Source: Eledone cirrhosa
Taxonomy: Eukaryota
Assembly (NCBI GenBank): GCA_964016885.1
Contig: OZ024744.1
Coordinates: 105,214,001-105,278,000, forward strand
Reading direction: 5' to 3'
DNA: 64,000 nt
The notes beneath the pieces were generated by a model. That model saw only the letters and a program-made list of their open reading frames with translations, had not been told where the DNA came from and did not search any database. The translations under genes and the position numbers were made by a program. This document shows, in pieces, positions 10,401 through 24,500 of the stretch (position 1 is the first letter of the stretch; the number at the start of each line of letters is the position of its first letter).

Positions 10401-13400
10401 TGTATGCCGTCTATGACTAGTCTGTGTCTACGGTTGTATGCCGTCTATGACTAGTCTGTGTCTACGGTTGTATGCCGTCTATGACTAGTCTGTGTCTACG
10501 GTTGTATGCCGTCTATGACTAATCTGTGTGTACGGTTGTATGCAGTCTATGACTAGTCTGTGTCTACTGTTGTATGCCGTCTATGACAAGTCTGTGTGTA
10601 CGGTGGTATGCAGTCTATGACTAGTCTGTGTCTACGGTTGTATGCCGTCTATGACTAGTCTGTGTGTACGGTTGTATGCAGTCTATGACTAGTCTGTGTC
10701 TACGGTTGTATGCCGTCTATGACTAGTCTGTGTCTACAGTTGTGTGCCATCTATGACTAGTCTGTGTGTACGGTTGTATGCAGTATATGACTAGTCTGTG
10801 TCTACAGTTGTATGCCGTCTATGACTAGCCTGAGTCTACGGTTGTATGCAGTCTATGACTAGTCTGTGTGTACGGTTGTATGCCGTCTATGACTAGTCTA
10901 CGGCTGTATGCCGTCTATGACTAGTCTGTGTCTACGGTTGTATGCCGTCTATGACTAGTCTGTGTCTACAGTTGTATGCCGTCTATGACTAGTTTGTGTC
11001 TACGGTTGTATACCGTCTATGACTAGTCTGTGTCTACGGTTGTATGCAGTCTATGACTAGTCTGTGTCTACTGTTGTATGCCGTCTATGACTAGTCTGTG
11101 TCTACGGTTGTATGCCGTCTATGACTAGTCTGTGTCTACAGTTGTATGCCGTCTATGACTAGTCTGTGTCTTCGGTTGTATGCCGTCTATGACTAGTCTG
11201 TGTCTACGGTTGTATGCCGTCTATGACTAGTCTGTGTCTACGTTTGTATGCCGTCTATGACTAGTCTGTGTCTACGGTTGTATGCCGTCTATGACTAGTC
11301 TGTGTCTACGGTTGTATGCCGTCTATGACTAATCTGTGTCTACGGTTGTATGCCATCTATGACTAGTCTGTGTGTACGGTTGTATGCCGTCTATGACTAG
11401 TCTGTGTCTACGGTTGTATGCCGTCTATGACTAGTCTGTGTCTACAGTTGTATGCCGTTTATGACTAGTCTGTGTGTACGGTTATATGCCGTCTATGACT
11501 AGTCTGTGTCTACAGTTGTATGCCGTCTATGACTAGTCTGTGTCTACAGTTGTATGCCGTCTATGACTAGTCTGTGTCTACAGTTGTATACCGTCTATGA
11601 CTTGTCTATGTCTACAGTTGTATGCCGTCTATGACTAGTCTGTGTCTACGGTTGTATGCCGTCTATGACTAGTCTGTGTCTACGGTTGTATGCCGTCAAT
11701 GACTAGACTGTGTCTACAGTTGTATGCCATCTATGACTAGTCTGTGTCTACTGCTGTATGCAGTCTATGACTAGTCTGTGTCTACGGTTGTATGCAGGCT
11801 ATGACTAGTCATTGTCTACGGTTGTATGCAGGTTATGACTAGTCTGTGTCTACGGTTGTATGCCGTCTATGACTAGTCTGTGTCTACAGTTGTATGCCGT
11901 CTATGACTAGTCTGTGTCTTCGGTTGTATGCCGTCTATGACTAGTCTGTGTGTACGGTTGTATTCCGTCTATGACTAGTCTGTGTCTACGGTTTATGCCG
12001 TCTATGACTAGTCTGTGTCTACGGTTGTATGCCATCTATGACTAGTCTGTGTGTACGGTTGTATGCCGTCTATGACTAGTCTGTGTCTACGGTTGTATGC
12101 CGTCTATGACTAGTCTGTGTCTACGGTTGTATGCCGTCTATGACTAGTCTGTGTCTACGGTTGTATGCCGTCTATGACTAGAATGTGTCTACGGCTGTAT
12201 GCCATCTATGACTAGTGTGTGTGTAATGTTGTATGCCGTCTATGACTAGTCTGTGTCTACGCTTGTATGCCGTCTATGACTAGTCTGTGTGTACGGTTGT
12301 ATGCCGTCTATGACTAGTCTGTGTCTACGGTTGTATGCCGTCTATGACTAGTCTGTGTCTACGGTTGTATGCCCTCTTTGACTAGTCTGTGTCTACGGTT
12401 GTATGCCGTCTATGACTAGTCTGTGTCTACTGTTGTATGCAGTCTATGACTAGTCTGTGTCTACGGTTATATCCCGTCTATGACTAGTCTGTGTCTACGG
12501 TTGTATGCCGTCTATGACTAGTCTGTGTCTACGGTTGTATGCCGTCTATGACTAGTCTGTGTGTACGGTTGTATGCAGTCTATGACTAGTCTGTGTCTAC
12601 GGTTGTATGCCGTCTATGGCTAGTCTGTGTGTACGGTTGTATGCCGTCTATGACTAGTCTGTGTCTACAGTTGTATGCCGTCGATGACTAGTCTTTGTGT
12701 ACGGTTGTATGCCGTCTATGACTAGTCTGTGTCTGCAGTTGTATGCCGTCTATGACTAGTTTGTGTCTACGGTTGTATGCAGTCTATGACTAGTCTGTGT
12801 CTACGGTTTTATGCCATCTATGACTAGTCTGTGTCTACAGTTGTAAGCCGTCTATGACTAGTCTGTGTCTTCGGTTGTATGCCGTCTATGACTAGTCTGT
12901 GTCTACAGTTGTATGCCGTCTATGACTAGTCTGTGTCTACGGTTGTATGCCGTCTATGACTATTCTGTGTCTATGGTTGAATGCCGTCTATGACTAGTCT
13001 GTGTCTACGGTTGTATGCCGTCTATGATTAGTCTGATCCACGGTTGTATGCCGTCTATGACTAGTCTGATCCACGGTTGTATGCCGTCTATGACTAGTCT
13101 GTGTCTTCAGTTGTATGCCGTTTATGACTAGTCTGTTTGTACGGTTGTATGCCGTCTATGACTAGTCTGTGTCTACGGTTGTATGCCGTCTATGACTAGT
13201 CTGTGTCTACGGTTGTATGCCGTCTATGACTAGTCTGTGTCTACGGTTGTATGCAGTCTATGACTAGTCTGTGTGTTCGGTTGTATGCCGTCTATGACTA
13301 GTCTAAGTCTACGGTTGTATGCAGTCTATGACTAGTCTGTGTCTACAGTTGTATGCCGTTTATGACTAGTCTGTGTGTACGGTTGTATGCCGTCTATGAC

Positions 13401-14170
13401 TAGTCTGTGTCTACAGTTGTATGCCGTCTATGACTAGTCTGTGTCTACAGTTGTATACCGTCTATGACTTGTCTATGTCTACAGTTGTATGCCGTCTATG
13501 ACTAGTCTGTGTCTACGGTTGTATGCCGTCTATGACTAGTCTGTGTCTACGGTTTTATGCCGTCTATGACTAGTCTGTGTCTACGGTTGTATGCTGTCTA
13601 TGACTAGTCTGTGTCTACTGCTGTATGCAGTCTATGACTAAACTGTGTCTACGGTTGTATGCAGGCTATGACTAGTCTGTGTCTACCGTTGTATGCAGTG
13701 TATGACTAGTCTGTGTGTTCGGTTGTATGCCGTCTATGACTAGTCTGAGTCTACGGTTGTATGCAGTCTATGACTAGTCTGTGTCTACAGTTGTATGCCG
13801 TTTATGACTAGTCTGTGTGTACGGTTGTATGCCGTCTATGACTAGTCTGTGTGTACGGTTGTATGCCGTCTATGACTAGTCTGTGTCTACGGTTGTATGC
13901 CGTCTATGACTAGTCTGATCCACGGTTGTATGCCGTCTATGACTAGTCTGTGTCTACGGTTGTATGCAGTCTATGACTAGTCAGTGTCTACGGTTGTATG
14001 GCGTCTATGACTAGTGGGTGTCTACGGTTGTATGCCATCTATGACTAGTCTGTGTCTACAGTTGTATGCCATCTATGACTAGTCTGTGTCAACAGTTGTA
14101 TACTGTCTATGACTAGTCTGTGTCTACGGTTGTATGCCGTCTATGACTAGTCTGTCTGTACGGTTGTATG

Positions 14171-15570
14171 CCGTCTATGACTAGTCTGTGTGTACGGTTG
14201 TATGCTGTCTATGACTAGTCTGTGTGTACGGTTGTATGCCGTCTATGACTAGTCTGTGTGTACGGTCGTATGCCGTCTATGACTAGTCTGAGTCTACGGT
14301 TGTATGCCGTCTATGACTAGTCTGTGTGTACGGTTCTATGCCGTCTATGACTAGTCTGTGTCTAGGGTTGTATGCCGTCTATGACTAGTCTGTGTGTACG
14401 GTTGTATGCCGTCTATGACTAGTCTGTGTATACGGTTGTATGCCGTCTATGACTAGTCTGTGTCTACGGTTGTATGCCGTCTATGACTAGTCTGTGTCTA
14501 CAGTTGTATGCCGTCTCTGACTAGTCTGTGTCTACGGTTGTATGCCGTCTATGACTAGTCTGTGTCTACAGTTGTATGCCGTCTCTGACTAGTCTGTGTC
14601 TACGGTTGTATGCCGTCTATGACTAGTCTGTGTCTATGGTTGTATGCCGTCTATGACTAGTCTGTGTCTACGGTTGTATGCCGTCTATGACTAGTCTGTG
14701 TCTACAGTTGTATGCCGTCTATGACTAGTCTGTGTCTACGGTTGTATGCCGTCTATGACTAGTCTATGTCTACAGATTTATGCCGTCTCTGACTAGTCTG
14801 CGTCTACGGTTGTATGCCGTCTATGCCTGGTCTGTGTCTACGGTTGTATGCCGTCTATGACTAGTCTGTGTCTACAATTGTATGCCGTCTATGACTAGTC
14901 TGTGTCTACGGTTGTATGCTGTCTATGACTAGTCTGTGTCTACTGCTGTATGCAGTCTATGACTAGTCTGTGTGTAAGGTTGTATGCAGGCTATGACTAG
15001 TCTGTGTCTACGGTTGTATGCCGTCTATGACTAGTCTGTGTGTACGGTTGTATGCCGTCTATGACTAGTCTTTGTGTACGGTTGTATGCCGTCTATGACT
15101 AGTCTGTGTGTACGGTTGTATTCCGTCTATGACTAGTCTGTGTGTACGGTTGTATGCCGTCTATGACTAGTCTGAGTCTACGGTTGTATGCCGTCTATGA
15201 CTAGTCTGTGTGTACGGTTCTATGCCGTCTATGACTAGTCTGTTTCTAGGGTTGTATGCCGTCTATGACTAGTCTGTGTGTACGGTTGTATGCCGTCTAT
15301 GACTAGTCTGTGTATACGGCTGTATGCCGTCTATGACTAGTCTGTGTCTACGGTTGTATGCCGTCTATGACTAGTCTGTGTCTACAGTTGTATGCCGTCT
15401 ATGACTAGTCTGTGTCTACGGTTGTATGCCGTCTATGACTAGTCTGTGTCTACACTTGTATGCCGTCTCTGACTAGTCTGTGTCTACGGTTGTATGCCGT
15501 CTATGACTAGTCTGTGTCTACGGTTGTATTCCGTCTATGACTAGTCTGTGTCTACGGTTTATGCCGTCTA
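14171..15570. repeat. Distinct variant-monomer block (type C), copy 1
   Basis: Private variants ACGGTCGTA, GGTTCTATG, TGTATACGG, ACAGATTTATG, ATGCCTGGTC, ACAATTG and ACACTTG, not seen in the main ~6 kb HOR. Confidence 0.85.
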
Positions 15571-18500
15571 TGACTAGTCTGTGTCTACGGTTGTATGCCA
15601 TCTATGACTAGTCTGTGTGTACGGTTGTATGCCGTCTATGACTAGTCTGTGTCTACGGTTGTATGCCGTCTATGACTAGTCTGTGTCTACAGTTGTATGC
15701 CGTTTATGACTAGTCTGTGTGTACGGTTATATGCCGTCTATGACTAGTCTGTGTCTACAGTTGTATGCCGTCTATGACTAGTCTGTGTCTACAGTTGTAT
15801 GCCGTCTATGACTAGTCTGTGTCTACAGTTGTATACCGTCTATGACTTGTCTATGTCTACAGTTGTATGCCGTCTATGACTAGTCTGTGTCTACGGTTGT
15901 ATGCCGTCTATAACTAGTCTGTGTCTACGGTTGTATGCCGTCAATGACTAGACTGTGTCTACAGTTGTATGCCATCTATGACTAGTCTGTGTCTACTGCT
16001 GTATGCAGTCTATGACTAGTCTGTGTCTACGGTTGTATGCAGGCTATGACTAGTCATTGTCTACGGTTGTATGCAGGTTATGACTAGTCTGTGTCTACGG
16101 TTGTATGCCGTCTATGACTAGTCTGTGTCTACAGTTGTATGCCGTCTATGACTAGTCTGTGTCTTCGGTTGTATGCCGTCTATGACTAGTCTGTGTGTAC
16201 GGTTGTATTCCGTCTATGACTAGTCTGTGTCTACGGTTTATGCCGTCTATGACTAGTCTGTGTCTACAGTTGTATGCCGTCTATGACTAGTCTGTGTCTT
16301 CGGTTGTATGCCGTCTATGACTAGTCTGTGTCTACGGTTGTATGCCGTCTATGACTAGTCTGTGTCTACGTTTGTATGCCGTCTATGACTAGTCTGTGTC
16401 TACGGTTGTATGCCGTCTATGACTAGTCTGTGTGTACGGTTATATGCCGTCTATGACTAGTCTGTGTCTACAGTTGTATGCCGTCTATGACTAGTCTGTG
16501 TCTACAGTTGTATGCCGTCTATGACTAGTCTGTGTCTACAGTTGTATACCGTCTATGACTTGTCTATGTCTACAGTTGTATGCCGTCTATGACTAGTCTG
16601 TGTCTACGGTTGTATGCCGTCTATGACTAGTCTGTGTCTACGGTTGTATGCCGTCAATGACTAGACTGTGTCTACAGTTGTATGCCATCTATGACTAGTC
16701 TGTGTCTACTGCTGTATGCAGTCTATGACTAGTCTGTGTCTACGGTTGTATGCAGGCTATGACTAGTCATTGTCTACGGTTGTATGCAGGTTATGACTAG
16801 TCTGTGTCTACGGTTGTATGCCGTCTATGACTAGTCTGTGTCTACAGTTGTATGCCGTCTATGACTAGTCTGTGTCTTCGGTTGTATGCCGTCTATGACT
16901 AGTCTGTGTGTACGGTTGTATTCCGTCTATGACTAGTCTGTGTCTACGGTTTATGCCGTCTATGACTAGTCTGTGTCTACGGTTGTATGCCATCTATGAC
17001 TAGTCTGTGTGTACGGTTGTATGCCGTCTATGACTAGTCTGTGTCTACGGTTGTATGCCGTCTATGACTAGTCTGTGTCTACGGTTGTATGCCGTCTATG
17101 ACTAGTCTGTGTCTACGGTTGTATGCCGTCTATGACTAGAATGTGTCTACGGCTGTATGCCATCTATGACTAGTGTGTGTGTAATGTTGTATGCCGTCTA
17201 TGACTAGTCTGTGTCTACGCTTGTATGCCGTCTATGACTAGTCTGTGTGTACGGTTGTATGCCGTCTATGACTAGTCTGTGTCTACGGTTGTATGCCGTC
17301 TATGACTAGTCTGTGTCTACGGTTGTATGCCCTCTTTGACTAGTCTGTGTCTACGGTTGTATGCCGTCTATGACTAGTCTGTGTCTACTGTTGTATGCAG
17401 TCTATGACTAGTCTGTGTCTACGGTTATATCCCGTCTATGACTAGTCTGTGGGTACGGTTGTATGCTGTCTATGACTAGTCTGTGTCTACGGTTGTATGC
17501 CGTCTATGACTAGTCTGTGTCTACGGTTGTATGCCGTCTATGACTAGTCTGTGTCTACGGTTGTATGCCGTCTATGACTAGTCTGAGTCTACGGTTGTAT
17601 GCAGTCTATGGCTAGACTGTGTCTACGATTGTATGCCGTCTATGACTAGTCTGTGTCTACGGTTGTATGCCGTCTATGACTAGTGTGTGTCTACAGTTGT
17701 ATGCCGTCTATGACTAGTCTGTGTCTACAGTTGTATGCCGTCTATGACTAGTCTGTGTCAACGGTTGTATGCCGTCTATGACTAGTCTGTGTGTACGGTT
17801 GTATGCCGTCTATGACTAGTCTGTGTCTACGGTTGTATGCCGTCTATGACTAGTCTGTGTGTACGGTTGTATGCAGTCTATGACTAGTCTGTGTCTACTG
17901 TTGTATGCCGTCTGTGACTAGTCTGTGTGTACGGTTGTATGCAGTCTATGACTAGTCTGTGTCTACAGTTGTATGCCGTCTATGGCTAGTCTGTGTGTAC
18001 GGTTGTATGCCGTCTAAGACTAGTCTGTGTCTACAGTTGAATGCCGTCGATGACTAGTCTGTGTCTACAGTTGTATGCCGTCTATGACTAGTCTGTGTGT
18101 ACGGTTGTATGCCGTCTATGACTAGTCTGTGTCTGCAGTTGTATGCCGTCTATGACTAGTTTGTGTCTACGGTTGTATGCAGTCTATGACTAGTCTGTGT
18201 CTACGGTTGTATGCCGTCTATGACTAGTCTGTGTCTACAGTTGTATGCCGTCTATGACTAGTCTGTGTCTTCGGTTGTATGCCGTCTATGACTAGTCTGT
18301 CTACGGTTGTAAGCCGTCTATGACTAGTCTGTGTCTACAGTTGTATGCCGTCTATGACTAGTCTGTGTCTACGGTTGTATGCCGTCTATGACTATTCTGT
18401 GTCTATGGTTGAATGCCGTCTATGACTAGTCTGTGTCTACGGTTGTATGCCGTCTATGATTAGTCTGATCCACGGTTGTATGCCGTCTATGACTAGTCTG

Positions 18501-21500
18501 ATCCACGGTTGTATGCCGTCTATGACTAGTCTGTGTCTTCAGTTGTATGCCGTTTATGACTAGTCTGTGTGTACGGTTGTATGCCGTCTATGACTAGTCT
18601 GTGTCTACGGTTGTATGCCGTCTATGACTAGTCTGTGTCTACGGTTGTATGCCGTCTATGACTAGTTTGTGTCTACGGTTGTATGCAGTCTATGACTAGT
18701 CTGTGTGTTCGGTTGTATGCCGTCTATGACTAGTCTGAGTCTACGGTTGTATGCAGTCTATGACTAGTCTGTGTCTACAGTTGTATGCCGTTTATGACTA
18801 GTCTGTGTGTACGGTTGTATGCCGTCTATGACTAGTCTGTGTCTACAGTTGTATGCCGTCTATGACTAGTCTGTGTCTACAGTTGTATACCGTCTATGAC
18901 TTGTCTATGTCTACAGTTGTATGCCGTCTATGACTAGTCTATGTCTACGGTTGTATGCTGTCTATGACTAGTCTGTGTCTACGGTTGTATGCCGTCTATG
19001 ACTAGTCTGTGTCTACGGTTGTATGCCGTCTATGACTAGTCTGTGTCTACGGTTGTATGCCGTCTATGACTAGTCTGAGTCTACGGTTGTATGCAGTCTA
19101 TGACTAGTCTGTGTCTACGGTTGTATGCCGTCTATGACTAGTCTGTGTCTACGGTTGTATGCCGTCTATGACTAGTGTGTGTCTACAGTTGTATGCCGTC
19201 TATGACTAGTCTGTGTCTACAGTTGTATGCCGTCTATGACTAGTCTGTGTCAACGGTTGTATGCCGTCTATGACTAGTCTGTGTGTACGGTTGTATGCCG
19301 TCTATGACTAGTCTGTGTGTACGGTTGTATGCAGTCTATGACTAGTCTGTGTCTACTGTTGTATGCCGTCTATGACTAGTCTGTGTGTACGGTTGTATGC
19401 AGTCTATGACTAGTCTGTGTCTACGGTTGTATGCCGTCTATGGCTAGTCTGTGTCTACGGTTGTATGCCGTCTATGACTAGTCTGTGTCTACAGTTGTAT
19501 GCCGTCGATGACTAGTCTGTGTGTACGGTTGTATGCCGTCTATGACTAGTCTGTGTCTGCAGTTGTATGCCGTCTATGACTAGTTTGTGTCTACGGTTGT
19601 ATGCAGTCTATGACTAGTCTGTGTCTACGGTTTTATGCCGTCTATGACTAGTCTGTGTCTACAGTTGTAAGCCGTCTATGACTAGTCTGTGTCTTCGGTT
19701 GTATGCCGTCTATGACTAGTCTGTCTACGGTTGTATGCCGTCTATGACTAGTCTGTGTCTACAGTTGTATGCCGTCTATGACTAGTCTGTGTCTACGGTT
19801 GTATGCCGTCTATGACTATTCTGTGTCTATGGTTGAATGCCGTCTATGACTAGTCTGTGTCTACGGTTGTATGCCGTCTATGATTAGTCTGATCCACGGT
19901 TGTATGCCGTCTATGACTAGTCTGATCCACGGTTGTATGCCGTCTATGACTAGTCTGTGTCTTCAGTTGTATGCAGTTTATGACTAGTCTGTGTGTACGG
20001 TTGTGTGCCGTCTATGACTAGTCTGAGTCTACGGTTGTATGCCGTCTATGACTAGTCTGTGTCTACGGTTGTATGCCGTCTATGACTAGTCTGTGTCTAC
20101 GGTTGTATGCAGTCTATGACTAGTCTGTGTGTTCGGTTGTATGCCGTCTATGACTAGTCTGAGTCTACGGTTGTATGCAGTCTATGACTAGTCTGTCTAC
20201 GGTTGTATGCCGTCTATGACTAGTCTGTGTCTACAGTTGTATGCCGTCTATGACTAGTCTGTGTCTACGGTTGTATGCCGTCTATGACTATTCTGTGTCT
20301 ATGGTTGAATGACGTCTATGACTAGTCTGTGTCTACGGTTGTATGCCGTCTATGATTAGTCTGATCCACGGTTGTATGCCGTCTATGACTAGTCTGATCC
20401 ACGGTTGTATGCCGTCTATGACTAGTCTGTGTCTTCAGTTGTATGCCGTTTATGACTAGTCTGTGTGTACGGTTGTATGCCGTCTATGACTAGTCTGTGT
20501 CTACGGTTGTATGCCGTCTATGACTAGTCTGTGTCTACGGTTGTATGCCGTCTATGACTAGTTTGTGTCTACGGTTGTATGCAGTCTATGACTAGTCTGT
20601 GTGTTCGGTTGTATGCCGTCTATGACTAGTCTGAGTCTACGGTTGTATGCAGTCTATGACTAGTCTGTGTCTACAGTTGTATGCCGTTTATGACTAGTCT
20701 GTGTGTACGGTTGTATGCCGTCTATGACTAGTCTGTGTCTACAGTTGTATGCCGTCTATGACTAGTCTGTGTCTACAGTTGTATACCGTCTATGACTTGT
20801 CTATGTCTACAGTTGTATGCCGTCTATGACTAGTCTATGTCTACGGTTGTATGCTGTCTATGACTAGTCTGTGTCTACGGTTGTATGCCGTCTATGACTA
20901 GTCTGTGTCTACGGTTGTATGCCGTCTATGACTAGTCTGTGTCTACGGTTGTATGCCGTCTATGACTAGTCTGAGTCTACGGTTGTATGCAGTCTATGAC
21001 TAGTCTGTGTCTACGGTTGTATGCCGTCTATGACTAGTCTGTGTCTACGGTTGTATGCCGTCTATGACTAGTGTGTGTCTACAGTTGTATGCCGTCTATG
21101 ACTAGTCTGTGTCTACAGTTGTATGCCGTCTATGACTAGTCTGTGTCAACGGTTGTATGCCGTCTATGACTAGTCTGTGTGTACGGTTGTATGCCGTCTA
21201 TGACTAGTCTGTGTGTACGGTTGTATGCAGTCTATGACTAGTCTGTGTCTACTGTTGTATGCCGTCTATGACTAGTCTGTGTGTACGGTTGTATGCAGTC
21301 TATGACTAGTCTGTGTCTACGGTTGTATGCCGTCTATGGCTAGTCTGTGTTTACGGTTGTATGCCGTCTATGACTAGTCTGTGTCTACAGTTGTATGCCG
21401 TCGATGACTAGTCTGTGTGTACGGTTGTATGCCGTCTATGACTAGTCTGTGTCTGCAGTTGTATGCCGTCTATGACTAGTTTGTGTCTACGGTTGTATGC

Positions 21501-24500
21501 AGTCTATGACTAGTCTGTGTCTACGGTTTTATGCCGTCTATGACTAGTCTGTGTCTACAGTTGTAAGCCGTCTATGACTAGTCTGTGTCTTCGGTTGTAT
21601 GCCGTCTATGACTAGTCTGTCTACGGTTGTATGCCGTCTATGACTAGTCTGTGTCTACAGTTGTATGCCGTCTATGACTAGTCTGTGTCTACGGTTGTAT
21701 GCCGTCTATGACTATTCTGTGTCTATGGTTGAATGCCGTCTATGACTAGTCTGTGTCTACGGTTGTATGCCGTCTATGATTAGTCTGATCCACGGTTGTA
21801 TGCCGTCTATGACTAGTCTGATCCACGGTTGTATGCCGTCTATGACTAGTCTGTGTCTTCAGTTGTATGCCGTTTATGACTAGTCTGTGTGTACGGTTGT
21901 ATGCCGTCTATGACTAGTCTGTGTCTACGGTTGTATGCCGTCTATGACTAGTCTGTGTCTACGGTTGTATGCCGTCTATGACTAGTCTGTGTCTACGGTT
22001 GTATGCAGTCTATGACTAGTCTGTGTGTTCGGTTGTATGCCGTCTATGACTAGTCTGAGTCTACGGTTGTATGCAGTCTATGACTAGTCTGTGTCTACAG
22101 TTGTATGCCGTTTATGACTAGTCTGTGTGTACGGTTGTATGCCGTCTATGACTAGTCTGTGTCTACAGTTGTATGCCGTCTATGACTAGTCTGTGTCTAC
22201 AGTTGTATACCGTCTATGACTTGTCTATGTCTACAGTTGTATGCCGTCTATGACTAGTCTGTGTCTACGGTTGTATGCCGTCTATGACTAGTCTGTGTCT
22301 ACGGTTTTATGCCGTCTATGACTAGTCTGTGTCTACGGTTGTATGCTGTCTATGACTAGTCTGTGTCTACTGCTGTATGCAGTCTATGACTAAACTGTGT
22401 CTACGGTTGTATGCAGGCTATGACTAGTCTGTGTCTACCGTTGTATGCCGTCTATGACTAGTCTGTTTGTACGGTTGTATGCCGTCTATGACTAGTCTGT
22501 GTGTACGGTTGTATGCCGTCTATGACTAGTCTGTGTCTACGGTTGTATGCCGTCTATGACTAGTCTGATCCACGGTTGTATGCCGTCTATGACTAGTCTG
22601 TGTCTACGGTTGTATGCAGTCTATGACTAGTCATTGTCTACGGTTGTATGGCGTCTATGACTAGTGAGTGTCTACGGTTGTATGCCATCTATGACTAGTC
22701 TGTGTCTACAGTTGTATGCCATCTATGACTAGTCTGTGTCAACAGTTGTATACTGTCTATGACTAGTCTGTGTCTACGGTTGTATGCCGTCTATGACTAG
22801 TCTGTCTGTACGGTTGTATGCCATATATGACTAGTCTGTGTGTAATGTTGTATGCCGTCTATGACTAGTCTGTGTCTACGCTTGTATGCCGTCTATGACT
22901 AGTCTGTGTGTACGGTTGTATGCCGTCTATGACTAGTCTGTGTCTACGGTTGTATGCCGTCTATGACTAGTCTGTGTCTACGGTTGTATGCCCTCTTTGA
23001 CTAGTCTGTGTCTACGGTTGTATACCGTCTATGACTAGTCTGTGTCTACTGTTGTATGCAGTCTATGACTAGTCTGTGTCTACGGTTGTATGTCGTCTAT
23101 GACTAGTCTGTGTCTACGGTTGTATGCTGTCTATGACTAGTCTGTGTCTAGGGTTGTATGCCGTCTATGACTAGTCTGTGTCTACGGTTGTATGCCGTCT
23201 ATGACTAGTCTGAGTCTACGGTTGTATGGCGTCTATGACTAGTCTGTGTCTACGGTTGTATGCCGTCTATGACTAGTCTGTGTCTACAGTTGTATGCCGT
23301 CTATGACTAGTCTGTTTCTACGGTTGTATGCCGTCTATGACTAGTCTGTGTCTACGGTTGTATGCCGTCTATGACTAGTCTGTGTCTACGGTTGTATGCC
23401 GTCTATGACTAATCTGTGTGTACGGTTGTATGCAGTCTATGACTAGTCTGTGTCTACTGTTGTATGCCGTCTATGACAAGTCTGTGTGTACGGTGGTATG
23501 CAGTCTATGACTAGTCTGTGTCTACGGTTGTATGCCGTCTATGACTAGTCTGTGTGTACGGTTGTATGCAGTCTATGACTAGTCTGTGTCTACGGTTGTT
23601 TGCCGTCTATGACTAGTCTGTGTCTACAGTTGTGTGCCATCTATGACTAGTCTGTGTGTACGGTTGTATGCAGTATATGACTAGTCTGTGTCTACAGTTG
23701 TATGCCGTCTATGACTAGCCTGAGTCTACGGTTGTATGCAGTCTATGACTAGTCTGTGTGTACGGTTGTATGCCGTCTATGACTAGTCTACGGCTGTATG
23801 CCGTCTATGACTAGTCTGTGTCTACGGTTGTATGCCGTCTATGACTAGTCTGTGTCTACAGTTGTATGCCGTCTATGACTAGTTTGTGTCTACGGTTGTA
23901 TACCGTCTATGACTAGTCTGTGTCTACGGTTGTATGCAGTCTATGACTAGTCTGTGTCTACTGTTGTATGCCGTCTATGACTAGTCTGTGTCTACGGTTG
24001 TATGCCGTCTATGACTAGTCTGTGTCTACAGTTGTATGCCGTCTATGACTAGTCTGTGTCTTCGGTTGTATGCCGTCTATGACTAGTCTGTGTCTACGGT
24101 TGTATGCCGTCTATGACTAGTCTGTGTCTACGTTTGTATGCCGTCTATGACTAGTCTGTGTCTACGGTTGTATGCCGTCTATGACTAGTCTGTGTCTACG
24201 GTTGTATGCCGTCTATGACTAATCTGTGTCTACGGTTGTATGCCATCTATGACTAGTCTGTGTGTACGGTTGTATGCCGTCTATGACTAGTCTGTGTCTA
24301 CGGTTGTATGCCGTCTATGACTAGTCTGTGTCTACAGTTGTATGCCGTTTATGACTAGTCTGTGTGTACGGTTATATGCCGTCTATGACTAGTCTGTGTC
24401 TACAGTTGTATGCCGTCTATGACTAGTCTGTGTCTACAGTTGTATGCCGTCTATGACTAGTCTGTGTCTACAGTTGTATACCGTCTATGACTTGTCTATG

